Both the position numbers and the translations under genes were made by a program. Positions 48,409-57,101 of a stretch of DNA of 64,000 nt are shown here, piece after piece (position 1 is the first letter of the stretch; every line of letters begins with the position of its first letter). The stretch is from positions 173,339 through 237,338 of the forward strand of contig OZ244906.1 in NCBI GenBank assembly GCA_965221655.1, written 5' to 3'. This DNA is from a bacterium. GTDB taxonomy: Bacteria > UBA8248. The notes beneath the pieces were generated by a model. The model was given only the letters and a program-made list of their open reading frames with translations, had not been told where the DNA came from and searched no databases.

Positions 48409-48966
48409 ATGAACCAGGCGGACGGCCCGTCGCGCGGAGAGGTCGAGCGAGCGGCGGAGCGCAGGACGTTCGAGGAGCACCGCGCCGAGGGGCCCGACGT
48501 CGTTACGTGCGGTGTACTCACGGTGAGCGATACGCGCACCGAGGAGACCGACACGAGCGGCAAGCTCATCCGCAACATGCTCGTCGACGCAGGCCACGAT
48601 GTCGCCTTCTACCGCATCGTGAAGGACGAACCCACGCAGATTCGCGAGTCGTTGCTCGAAGCCTGCGCGAACCCCGAGATACAGGTGGTGATATCGAACG
48701 GGGGGACGGGCATCACGAAACGGGACACGACGTACGACGTCGTGGTCTCCTTGCTCGAGAAGGAGATGCCCGGCTTCGGCGAGTTGTTCCGCCACGTGAG
48801 TTTTGGGGAAATCGGCACCGCCGCCATGCTCACCCGTGCGACTGCGGGGACGTGCCGCGACACGATCATCATGACGCTTCCGGGTTCGGGAAACGCCTGC
48901 CGCACGGGGATGGAGAAAATCATCCTGCCCGAAATCAGCCACATGGTGCGCGAGGTGCTGAAGTAA
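48409..48966 (+). CDS. moaB: Molybdenum cofactor biosynthesis protein MoaB/MogA family
   Basis: ...GVLTVSDTRTEETDTSGKLI... and VVISNGGTGITKRD...MPGFGELFRHVS match the MoaB/MogA fold. Confidence 0.85.
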   Translation: MNQADGPSRGEVERAAERRTFEEHRAEGPDVVTCGVLTVSDTRTEETDTSGKLIRNMLVDAGHDVAFYRIVKDEPTQIRESLLEACANPEIQVVISNGGTGITKRDTTYDVVVSLLEKEMPGFGELFRHVSFGEIGTAAMLTRATAGTCRDTIIMTLPGSGNACRTGMEKIILPEISHMVREVLK

Positions 48967-49109
48967 GGGCGACGCGGGCCGCCGGGCGACCGCCTGCCTT
49001 TGGCCTCCCAAGTTGACACGCAGCCTCCAAAGCGACTAGGTTGAACGCGGTTTTCGCACGGGTCGGTGCGTTCCAGCCGGCCCGCCCGCTCGGAACAAGG
49101 TGCGTTTGC

Positions 49110-49595
49110 ATGGAAAGTCACGCCGTCTACCCCGGAACGTTCGATCCGCCCACGAAGGGGCATTTCGACATCGTTCGCAGAAGCCAGAGGCTTTTCTCGA
49201 AAGTCACCGTGGCGATTTCCGCGCATCCCTCGAAAACCCCCTTGTTCTCCTTCGATGAACGCAAGAACTTCTTTTTGGAGGAGTTCGGCGCCTCCGACCG
49301 CCTCGAGGTCACGGGCTTCGAGCGCGAACTCCTCGTGGACTTCGCCGTCAACGTGAACGCACAGGCCATCATCCGCGGCCTGCGCGCGGTGAGCGACTTC
49401 GACTACGAGATGCAGATGACGCTCATGAACAGGAGGCTGAACGAGGAGATCGAGACGATTTTTCTCATGCCCAGCGAGCAGTTCAGCTTCCTGAGTTCGA
49501 GCCTGGTCAAGGAAGTCGCCTCCCTGGGAGGAGACGTGAGCGAACACGTGTCCTCATCCGTGCGCGATGCCCTGAGTGCGCGCTTTCGCCGCTGA
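49110..49595 (+). CDS. coaD: Phosphopantetheine adenylyltransferase
   Basis: AVYPGTFDPPTKGHFDIVRRS is the T/HxGH nucleotidyltransferase motif. About 160 aa. Confidence 0.9.
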   Translation: MESHAVYPGTFDPPTKGHFDIVRRSQRLFSKVTVAISAHPSKTPLFSFDERKNFFLEEFGASDRLEVTGFERELLVDFAVNVNAQAIIRGLRAVSDFDYEMQMTLMNRRLNEEIETIFLMPSEQFSFLSSSLVKEVASLGGDVSEHVSSSVRDALSARFRR

Positions 49596-49626
49596 CGCCC
49601 CCTTTTTCGCAACCCGGAGTTTCCCC

Positions 49627-50823
49627 ATGCGCTTCGCATCCAGAATGAGCAAGCTGCCCCCGATTCCGACGCTGGCCATGAACACCAAGGCGGCGGAAAT
49701 GAAGGCCCAGGGAGTCGACGTCATTTCCTTCGCGGCGGGCGAGCCCGATTTCGACACGCCCGAGCACATCAAGGAGGGCGCCATCCAGGGGCTGCGCGAC
49801 GGGGCCACGAAATACACGGCGGTGCGGGGGTTGCCCGCCCTGCGCGAGGCGATTTGCGACTGGGTGGAGGAGCACAAGGGGCTGCGCTACGACCCGAAGA
49901 CCGAGGCCATCGTCACCGTGGGCGGCAAGCAGTCGGTCTTCAACGTCTTGCACGTGCTCGTGGAGGAGGGCGACGAGGTGGTGGTGCCCGCCCCCATCTG
50001 GGTGGCCTACGAGCCCGTCGCCACGCTCACGGGGGCGACGCCGGTTCTGGTGCAGACCACCGAGGAGAACGGCCACAAGATGACCGCCGCGCAACTGCGC
50101 GCCGCCATATCCCCGCGCACGCGGATCGTGGTGCTCAACAGCCCGTGCAACCCTTCGGGCTGCGTTTACACGCGCGCGGAACTCGAGGCCATCGCCGAGG
50201 TGGTGCTCTCCACCGACGCCATGGTGTTGTCTGATGAGATTTACGGGAAGATCACCTACGACGGCGAGGAGCACGTCTCGATAGCGAGCCTCTCGCCCGA
50301 GATGAAGGCGCGCACCCTGTTGCTCGACGGATTCTCGAAGACCTACGCGATGACGGGCTGGCGCCTGGGCTACACGCTCGCCGACGCGCGAATCGTCGAG
50401 GCCATGGACACCCTCCAGGGCCAGAGCACGAGCAACGCCACCTCGTTCGCCCAGCACGGGGGAATCGCGGCCCTGCGCGGCTCGCACGATTTTCTCGCGG
50501 AGTGGCTGGCGCAATACGACGAGAGGAGGCGGGCCATCGTCGCGGGCTTCGGCGCCATGGAGGGCGTCAGCGTCGTCAACCCCAAGGGGGCGTTCTACGT
50601 CTTTCCCCGGGTGAGCGGGATATTCGGGCGTCAGGGGCCGAACGGGGTATTGAAAAATTCAATGGATGTGGGGCTGTATCTTTTGGAGCACGCCCACTGC
50701 GCCGGCGTCCCCGGCGCAGGATTCGGCAACGACGATTACGTGCGCTTCTCCTACGCGACCTCTCTCGAAAACGTAAAAGAGGGCATAGATCGCATCAAGG
50801 CGGCTTTGGGACAACTGGGCTGA
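49627..50823 (+). CDS. Aspartate/aromatic aminotransferase (class I)
   Basis: ...DVISFAAGEPDFDTPEHIKE..., the SKTYAMTGWRLGY lysine motif and NPKGAFYVFP. Start at 49627 or 49645. Confidence 0.85.
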   Translation: MRFASRMSKLPPIPTLAMNTKAAEMKAQGVDVISFAAGEPDFDTPEHIKEGAIQGLRDGATKYTAVRGLPALREAICDWVEEHKGLRYDPKTEAIVTVGGKQSVFNVLHVLVEEGDEVVVPAPIWVAYEPVATLTGATPVLVQTTEENGHKMTAAQLRAAISPRTRIVVLNSPCNPSGCVYTRAELEAIAEVVLSTDAMVLSDEIYGKITYDGEEHVSIASLSPEMKARTLLLDGFSKTYAMTGWRLGYTLADARIVEAMDTLQGQSTSNATSFAQHGGIAALRGSHDFLAEWLAQYDERRRAIVAGFGAMEGVSVVNPKGAFYVFPRVSGIFGRQGPNGVLKNSMDVGLYLLEHAHCAGVPGAGFGNDDYVRFSYATSLENVKEGIDRIKAALGQLG

Positions 50824-51030
50824 TGTATGGTCTGGGGCGCGCTCTACAAATCCTCGCCATGGTGGATTGTGCCATTGCGCTGTTCGTCGGCATGGTGAAT
50901 CCTGCGGCCTATGCCGTACAACTCGCCATTCTGGGGTCGGCTGTCGTCTTGTTCGCCGCCGGGCGTTTGATACAGCAAAAGGCGCCCGCGCCGGGTAGAC
51001 GTCGTCTCTCCTCCGCGCGGGAGAGCGAAT
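50824..51030 (+). CDS. Hypothetical small membrane protein (69 aa, weak)
   Basis: The ATG directly follows the aminotransferase stop. Two hydrophobic helices (LAMVDCAIALFVGMV..., LAILGSAVVLFAAG). Confidence 0.3.
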
Positions 51031-52417
51031 GAGGGCGTCTCGCCTGGGACGGCGCAGGGCGTTTTATGATTGGTGGGAATCGTCCTCTCAGTTTTACTTC
51101 CGCGAGAATTTCGGTGATGTAGGCGAGGAAATTAGAAAAAATTTCGCCGAAATACTTTTCCCTCCTCACGCGGAACCTACACTGCCTGAGCTGGCCTTGC
51201 CGGTTTCTTTCATCCATTTGAGGCTCTTGGCCGGGGAGGAGCTGGGTTTCGTGTTGCGACGAGTGGAAAACCTGGCGGCGCTTTTCGGCGCGCGGGCCGC
51301 AAAGCCTACGATCGGCCTCTTGTATCTGGTCTTGACGGCTCTCACGTCCAGACACGCGAAACTCTCGTCCATGGCGAGGGCGCAAACCGCGTTCTTCAGC
51401 CTGTTGCTTCGCCGCGTGGCGCATATGCTCGATGACGGAGTAGATGAAGATACCATACGCGAAGAGCTTTCCGGTGTATGGGAGATTCGTACTGAAGCGA
51501 TCGCAAACGCCACGCTGGCGAGTGGTCGCGGTCTTTGGCGACGCCTCGGCGATGCGCATCTTGGATTGACGCCTTTGCCCATGAACCTGGACGTGTGGCT
51601 GGAGAGCAACGGGCTGACCAATAGGGTGGCCCGGACCCGAAAAACGTACGGGAGGGTGGAGGAGAGCCATCATCTGTTCGAGGTATTCAATCGTCTGGCG
51701 GCGATAGAGGGTTTGGGAATTGCCATGGCGTCCGCAGAGTGTGCTGGCAGAGAGGCGGCATGGGAAGACGTGCGGATTGGCTTGGTGAGGAGTTTGGAGG
51801 GCGCCATGAATGGCATTACGCCCTGGGAGTCGGCGGTTTTGCGTGCCGGGTCGCCACGACTGCTTTCCCTGCTTTCATGGGCGAACAAACTCCAGTTGTT
51901 GCATGAGGGGGAAACACCCACGGCTTACCCCGGACGTGAGAAACTCCCCGATTGGCTGGAGGATTTTCTGAGCGACAAAAACGAAAATGAAAACGACGGT
52001 ATTCTCTCGTCGGGGCGATTCATCGTGGGCGGAGAAACGTACATCGTGGTCGGGGTCGATGCGGCGGCTTCGCCCGAGTTGCTGTCGGTGGCTTTGGGTG
52101 CACCTGAGTGTGTCGAGGCGAATGTGCTGGGTCTCGGGGTTCGTTTCGGGGACGGGACGCACAGGTCGTTTCCCTTTCGACTCGATGAGGGGAAAGACCT
52201 TTTGGCGGCGATATATTTGGCCGAGCAGGATGACGTGCGGCTGGACTTTATCGTTCGAGGGGAGGACAGGAATTGGCGGTTCGGCGCCTCTTCGTATCTG
52301 GTGATGACGCAAGAGCATCGAAAGATGTGGGTGGCATGTCTGCTTTCTTATCTGTCGAAAAAATTCCAAGGCGATGAAGGCAGGATTCAGCTGGAAATTT
52401 TGAGGGGCATGAAGTGA
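51029..52417 (+). CDS. Hypothetical protein (462 aa, no recognised domain)
   Basis: Long ORF with ordinary amino-acid composition in the lower-GC block. No motif I can assign. Confidence 0.5.
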   Translation: MRASRLGRRRAFYDWWESSSQFYFRENFGDVGEEIRKNFAEILFPPHAEPTLPELALPVSFIHLRLLAGEELGFVLRRVENLAALFGARAAKPTIGLLYLVLTALTSRHAKLSSMARAQTAFFSLLLRRVAHMLDDGVDEDTIREELSGVWEIRTEAIANATLASGRGLWRRLGDAHLGLTPLPMNLDVWLESNGLTNRVARTRKTYGRVEESHHLFEVFNRLAAIEGLGIAMASAECAGREAAWEDVRIGLVRSLEGAMNGITPWESAVLRAGSPRLLSLLSWANKLQLLHEGETPTAYPGREKLPDWLEDFLSDKNENENDGILSSGRFIVGGETYIVVGVDAAASPELLSVALGAPECVEANVLGLGVRFGDGTHRSFPFRLDEGKDLLAAIYLAEQDDVRLDFIVRGEDRNWRFGASSYLVMTQEHRKMWVACLLSYLSKKFQGDEGRIQLEILRGMK

Positions 52418-52483
52418 GAAAGTAATGGATGTCGACGCCGTTGCGCTGGTGAGGCGCACAGACTTTCGGCGGGGATTGCTCCA

Positions 52484-53761
52484 TTAGGCGCGCACTCTCC
52501 AGACGAGGGCTACGGCAATGAATCTGCTCGCCGCCATGGCCGTGAACACCCAAAACCATCCGTCCGAAACGCTGAGAGACAGCCATCCGAAGAATATTGC
52601 CTGAAGGGCTCCGTAAATGTAGCCATGGGCGTCCAATACGCCCGCGGCCGTTCCGGCGAGTCGTCTGCCGGCGAGATCGACGCCCAGTGCCTGCACGGTG
52701 GACATGTTGACGCAAAATCCGCCGACGATCAGCAAAACGACGGCGAGTGGAATGTTATCGGCGGGCGCATAAGCGATTCCTATCATCGCGGCAGCGCTCA
52801 AAAAAGCGGCGAGGATGATGACGATGGAGCGGTTGCTCTTGAAGAATCGATCGGAAATGATGCCGCCAAATATAGGGCCGAATAAATATCCAAGCGGATA
52901 GGCGAAGGTGAGCAGACCCATTTGCTTCAGGTTGAAACCGCCCATTTGTGCGTAATACAAGGGCGCCCAGGAGACGACGCCGTAGCGAACTACGTTGTCC
53001 AGCCCTTTTACGTGGCACGCCAGGAAGAAGCGCAAATTGGTCATTAGGTGCAAGTATGCCTTTAGGCCACGCTCACTCTCTTCGCCTGCTGTTTCCGCTT
53101 CCCGGGAGACGGCGTCTGCTTCCTGATATTCGGGAAGGTTCAGTTCTGCGGGCTTGTCTTTCGCGATGACGTAAAAAATGATTCCCATGAAGGCGATGAT
53201 CATCGGGGGATAGCGAATCGCGGCGCGCCAGCCGTATTGCGCCGCCACCCAGGGTACGATTGCCCAAACGATGAGGAGAGCTATTCCCGCGGACGTTCCC
53301 ACGAGTCCAATCGCCTGGCCGCGCTCACGTCTGGGCCACCATTGCGCCACGAGGCCGAGCCCTGGCCCCCACGTCGCCGCGTTCACGAAACCAACCACCG
53401 CCCAGGGGATGGCAAGTGTGGAGATGGAATTGCCGAAGCTTGCCACGAAGTTGAAAAGCGACGTGGTGATTGCGGCAAAGAGAATTGTGTTTCGATACCC
53501 TACTTTTTCTGCGATTCGCCCAAAGATCAGATCACCGAAGGCGAATCCCCAAAACATCCACGAGTTGATCCATCCGGTATCGGCTCGCGTGATGCCCAAA
53601 TCCTGGATGACGGCGTATTGCACCAGGCTGAAGTTGAATCTGCCCAGATAGTTGAAGGCATAGAAAACGCAAAAGGCGATGAGAACGCGCCATTTCCATC
53701 GATGAAACTCGGGAGGCAGGTCGTGATATTCGACTTGGTTCGGATTTCCCGGAGTATTCAT
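52484..53761 (-). CDS. MFS transporter (oxalate/formate or organophosphate antiporter-like)
   Basis: 425 aa, 12 hydrophobic segments, YLGRFNFSLV and GFAFGDLIFGRIAEKVGYR motifs. Confidence 0.85.
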   Translation of the reverse strand: MNTPGNPNQVEYHDLPPEFHRWKWRVLIAFCVFYAFNYLGRFNFSLVQYAVIQDLGITRADTGWINSWMFWGFAFGDLIFGRIAEKVGYRNTILFAAITTSLFNFVASFGNSISTLAIPWAVVGFVNAATWGPGLGLVAQWWPRRERGQAIGLVGTSAGIALLIVWAIVPWVAAQYGWRAAIRYPPMIIAFMGIIFYVIAKDKPAELNLPEYQEADAVSREAETAGEESERGLKAYLHLMTNLRFFLACHVKGLDNVVRYGVVSWAPLYYAQMGGFNLKQMGLLTFAYPLGYLFGPIFGGIISDRFFKSNRSIVIILAAFLSAAAMIGIAYAPADNIPLAVVLLIVGGFCVNMSTVQALGVDLAGRRLAGTAAGVLDAHGYIYGALQAIFFGWLSLSVSDGWFWVFTAMAASRFIAVALVWRVRA

Positions 53762-53889
53762 GTTCGGAGGGTTTCATCGGCAGATTCGAGACGCGCGCTC
53801 GTTTTACCCGTCTGTGGATGTCTGGCGTTTTTCAAGGAAGTATTGCTCACCTCGCGTACAAGAGTGTAATGGGTGGTGCCCATATCGAC

Positions 53890-55155
53890 TTATCGCTCGA
53901 ACTCTATCAGATGGTAGTTCTTTTTTCCCTTTCTCAAAAGAACATATCGATTGAAGAGTATGTCGTCGACGGACAACATACTGTCCTCCCCCGTAATACG
54001 GCGATTGTTCACGTAAATTCCGCCGCCTTTCAGGTCTTTGCGCGCCAGGGACTTCGACTTGCAAAGCCCGGTTTCCACCAGTGCGTCGATCAGGGGATAG
54101 GGTGGTGATCCTACTTGTCGGGTGCTCGGCATTTCCTCTGCCGCCGATAGCAAGTCGTTTTTCTCGATACCGTCGAGTTCGGCGCCAAAAAGAATTTTAG
54201 CGGCACGCTCCGCACTCCGCGCCACGTCTGCGCCATGCACGAGCGTCGTCAATTCCCTGGCGAGGCGGCGTTGTCCCTTCCGTTTTTCCGGCGACTCGAG
54301 ATGCTCCCTTTCGATTTCGTCGATCTCCCGGGTTGACAAGAAGGTAAAGTATTTCAAGAACCTGCCTACGTCCCTGTCGTCGGTTTGAATCCAGTATTGC
54401 GAGAATCGATATGGGCTCGTCCGCTTCGTGTCCAGCCAGATATTTCCTTCTTCCGTCTTGCCGAATTTTCTCCCGTCCGAAGTGGTGATGAGCGGAAAAG
54501 TCATTCCGTATGCGGGTTTTCCGTGCGTACGGCGAATCAATTCGATTCCTGCCGTGATGTTACCCCACTGATCGGAGCCGCCGATTTGCAGGGTGCAATT
54601 CTCCCGTTCGAATAAATGAAGGAAGTCATATGCCTGGAGCACCATGTAGCTGAACTCGGTGTACGATATGCCAGCATCGGCGATGCGTGCCTTGACGGAT
54701 TCTTTCGCCATCATGTAACCGATGGGAAAATGCTTGCCTACGCTACGAAAAAAATCGATGAGGGGCATTTGGTTCAGCCATTCCGCGTTGTTCAACATCC
54801 GCGCGGCATAAGGGCCTGCCCCGAAATCCAGGAACTTCTCCAGTTGGGTTCTGATGCCTTGGAGGTTGTGCTCTAACACTTCCGGGGTCAGGAGGTTTCT
54901 TTCTTCGGATTTCCCCGAGGGGTCTCCTATCATACCGGTTCCGCCTCCAACGAGCGCTATGGGTCGGTGCCCCGCGCGCTGAAAACGCATGAGTCCCATG
55001 ATGGGAACCAAATTGCCGATGTGCAGGCTGTCGGACGTGGGGTCGAAGCCGCAATAGAGGCTCATGCCGCCTTTTTCAAGAGCTCCCTGCATCTCCGCCT
55101 GATCCGTATGATCATGCACGAGGCCGCGAACTCTCAGTTCATCCAGCAAACTCAT
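53890..55155 (-). CDS. tyrS: Tyrosine--tRNA ligase
   Basis: YCGFDPTSDSLHIGNLV is the HIGH motif region. KFGKTE is the KMSKS-equivalent. C-terminal S4-like domain. Confidence 0.9.
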   Translation of the reverse strand: MSLLDELRVRGLVHDHTDQAEMQGALEKGGMSLYCGFDPTSDSLHIGNLVPIMGLMRFQRAGHRPIALVGGGTGMIGDPSGKSEERNLLTPEVLEHNLQGIRTQLEKFLDFGAGPYAARMLNNAEWLNQMPLIDFFRSVGKHFPIGYMMAKESVKARIADAGISYTEFSYMVLQAYDFLHLFERENCTLQIGGSDQWGNITAGIELIRRTHGKPAYGMTFPLITTSDGRKFGKTEEGNIWLDTKRTSPYRFSQYWIQTDDRDVGRFLKYFTFLSTREIDEIEREHLESPEKRKGQRRLARELTTLVHGADVARSAERAAKILFGAELDGIEKNDLLSAAEEMPSTRQVGSPPYPLIDALVETGLCKSKSLARKDLKGGGIYVNNRRITGEDSMLSVDDILFNRYVLLRKGKKNYHLIEFER

Positions 55156-55315
55156 GGGTACTCTCCGGATTGCTCCCGTTATTTCGAAGCAGTTGGATAA
55201 TGTTTCCCGTCAGGGAAATATGTAATCCTTCCGCCGATATTGTATCTTATTCGATATATATCAAGGCACGGGACTTGCCGAAAGTTGAATCACTCATTTC
55301 GAGAGAAACGGGATA

Positions 55316-56059
55316 GTGCTTCGGTTTGATTTTCAGGGCAGAAAAGTGGTTCTGACGGGGGCCACGGGGGATGTAGGCAAGGCGCTTGCCCAGGGATTTC
55401 TGGACGTGGGGGCGAAAGTCGTCGTCACGGGGAGAAATTCGGAGAAATTGCGTCTCATTGCGGGTTCCTACGAAATGATGAAGAAAATACCCTGCGATTT
55501 GGAAAATCTCGATGAAGTGAAAGCCATGATTGGGGAGGCAACTGCATGGCTGGGAGGATGTGACATCTTCGTGCACGCGGCAGCGAATATGGTGGTGAAG
55601 CCCCCTCTCTCGCTTGATGCGTTTGATTGGAGGCGTGCGCTGCATGTAAATCTCCTTGCTCCCTATTTTTGCATTCAGGGGGTGCTGCCGGCGCTCAAGA
55701 CTTCTCCGGCGGGGCGAATAATTCTCTATGGTTCCGGAGCCGGGAAATCGGGCGGCTTGGGCCATAATCTCACATACGGAGCTTCGAAAGGCGGTATTTT
55801 GGCCATGACGTTCAATCTCGCTCGTGCCTTGGCGAAAACGAAGGTGACGGTGAACTGTCTGGTTCCCGGTCCGATCGATGGGTCGTTGATGCGGGAGTTC
55901 GGCCCGGATTTGTATGACAAGGCGATAAAGAAACATCCCATGGGCAGATTCGCCCTGCCCTCAGAATTGGTGCCTGCTACCCTGTTTCTCGCCAGTGAGG
56001 AAGCCGCCCACATCACGGGAGAAGCACTGGACGTCAATGGAGGCTATTTTACCGATTAG
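55316..56059 (+). CDS. SDR-family oxidoreductase (3-oxoacyl-ACP-reductase-like)
   Basis: VVLTGATGDVGKAL glycine motif. YGASKGGILAMT is the YxxxK catalytic motif. Confidence 0.8.
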   Translation: MLRFDFQGRKVVLTGATGDVGKALAQGFLDVGAKVVVTGRNSEKLRLIAGSYEMMKKIPCDLENLDEVKAMIGEATAWLGGCDIFVHAAANMVVKPPLSLDAFDWRRALHVNLLAPYFCIQGVLPALKTSPAGRIILYGSGAGKSGGLGHNLTYGASKGGILAMTFNLARALAKTKVTVNCLVPGPIDGSLMREFGPDLYDKAIKKHPMGRFALPSELVPATLFLASEEAAHITGEALDVNGGYFTD

Positions 56060-56129
56060 GTATGTTCCCAGAAAATGGGAGCGGAACGTTCTCATCTTTC
56101 AAGAAACGATTTCAGGCGGGGAGTGAATT

Positions 56130-57098
56130 TTGCACGATCAAACGGCAGGCAATGAAGAATCAGGGGCACGGATCCTTGAAATAGCCGGCATATCTTTGCG
56201 TTTAAGCAGGCCTGCTGAGCAAGATCTAGAGTGGATCGGTCAGACAGAAGTGTTGCGCCAACTTCACGCTTGTTGGCTGGTCGTGGCGGAAGAGGATTTT
56301 GCTCTCTCCCCGAGAATCGTCGGTCCCCCGGGAATCGGGAAAACGACCTTGGCGATGGCAGCGGCACGGGAGAGAAATCAGGAACTTTTTATTTTTCAGT
56401 GTACTTCCGATACCCGCCCGGAGGATTTGTTGATTACGCCCGTGCTGGCGGAATCGGGGAAAATTGCCTATCACGCATCCCCTCTGGTTACGGCGATGAT
56501 AAGGGGGGGAGTCTGCGTGCTGGATGAAGGCAACCGCATGAGCGAAAAGAGCTGGGCTTCGCTGGCGCCGCTGCTCGATCATCGTCGTTACGTGGAGTCC
56601 ATCGTGGCGGGCATTACGATAAGGGCGCACCCGGATTTTCGCTGTTGCGTGACCATGAACGAGGATGCCTCGACGTACGAAGTGCCCGATTACATTCTAT
56701 CGAGGCTACACCCCACTTTGGAGCTTGCGTTCCCAAACAGGAGAGACGAACTGTCTATCCTCAAATATCATTTGCCGTTTGCTCCAAGCGAGATGTTGGC
56801 CTTGACAGTGGAATTCTTGCAGGAGTCCCATGAGTTGGATCTCGATTATTCTCCCCGGGACGGAATTCATCTTCTTCAATACGCACTAAAACGTCTCGCG
56901 CAGGACCCGGAGCATCCGCTTTCGCAAGACGAAGCCTGGAGAGAAGCACTCGCGAAGGTTCTGGGGGATGAAGCATTGGATCTGAAGGAGCTTGCGCGCA
57001 GGAGGCGCAAAGCACTCGGTGACGAACCGCCACCGATCGATTTCGGAGATCTGTTTTTTGGCGGCGACGCCCCGCTGCCTCCTGAACACGGCGATTGA
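56130..57098 (+). CDS. MoxR/CbbQ/NorQ-type AAA+ ATPase (AAA_5)
   Basis: [11 protein letters not shown] Walker [11 protein letters not shown] Walker B (the LDE.NR form typical of the MoxR clade). TTG start after GGGGAG. Confidence 0.8.
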   Translation: MHDQTAGNEESGARILEIAGISLRLSRPAEQDLEWIGQTEVLRQLHACWLVVAEEDFALSPRIVGPPGIGKTTLAMAAARERNQELFIFQCTSDTRPEDLLITPVLAESGKIAYHASPLVTAMIRGGVCVLDEGNRMSEKSWASLAPLLDHRRYVESIVAGITIRAHPDFRCCVTMNEDASTYEVPDYILSRLHPTLELAFPNRRDELSILKYHLPFAPSEMLALTVEFLQESHELDLDYSPRDGIHLLQYALKRLAQDPEHPLSQDEAWREALAKVLGDEALDLKELARRRRKALGDEPPPIDFGDLFFGGDAPLPPEHGD

Positions 57099-57101
57099 TC
57101 C

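Noticed and set aside
55156-55315. T-box leader upstream of tyrS
   Set aside because: Only about 160 nt are available and I could not find the conserved T-box sequence (AATTAGGGTGGTACCGCG-like) or a specifier-loop architecture.
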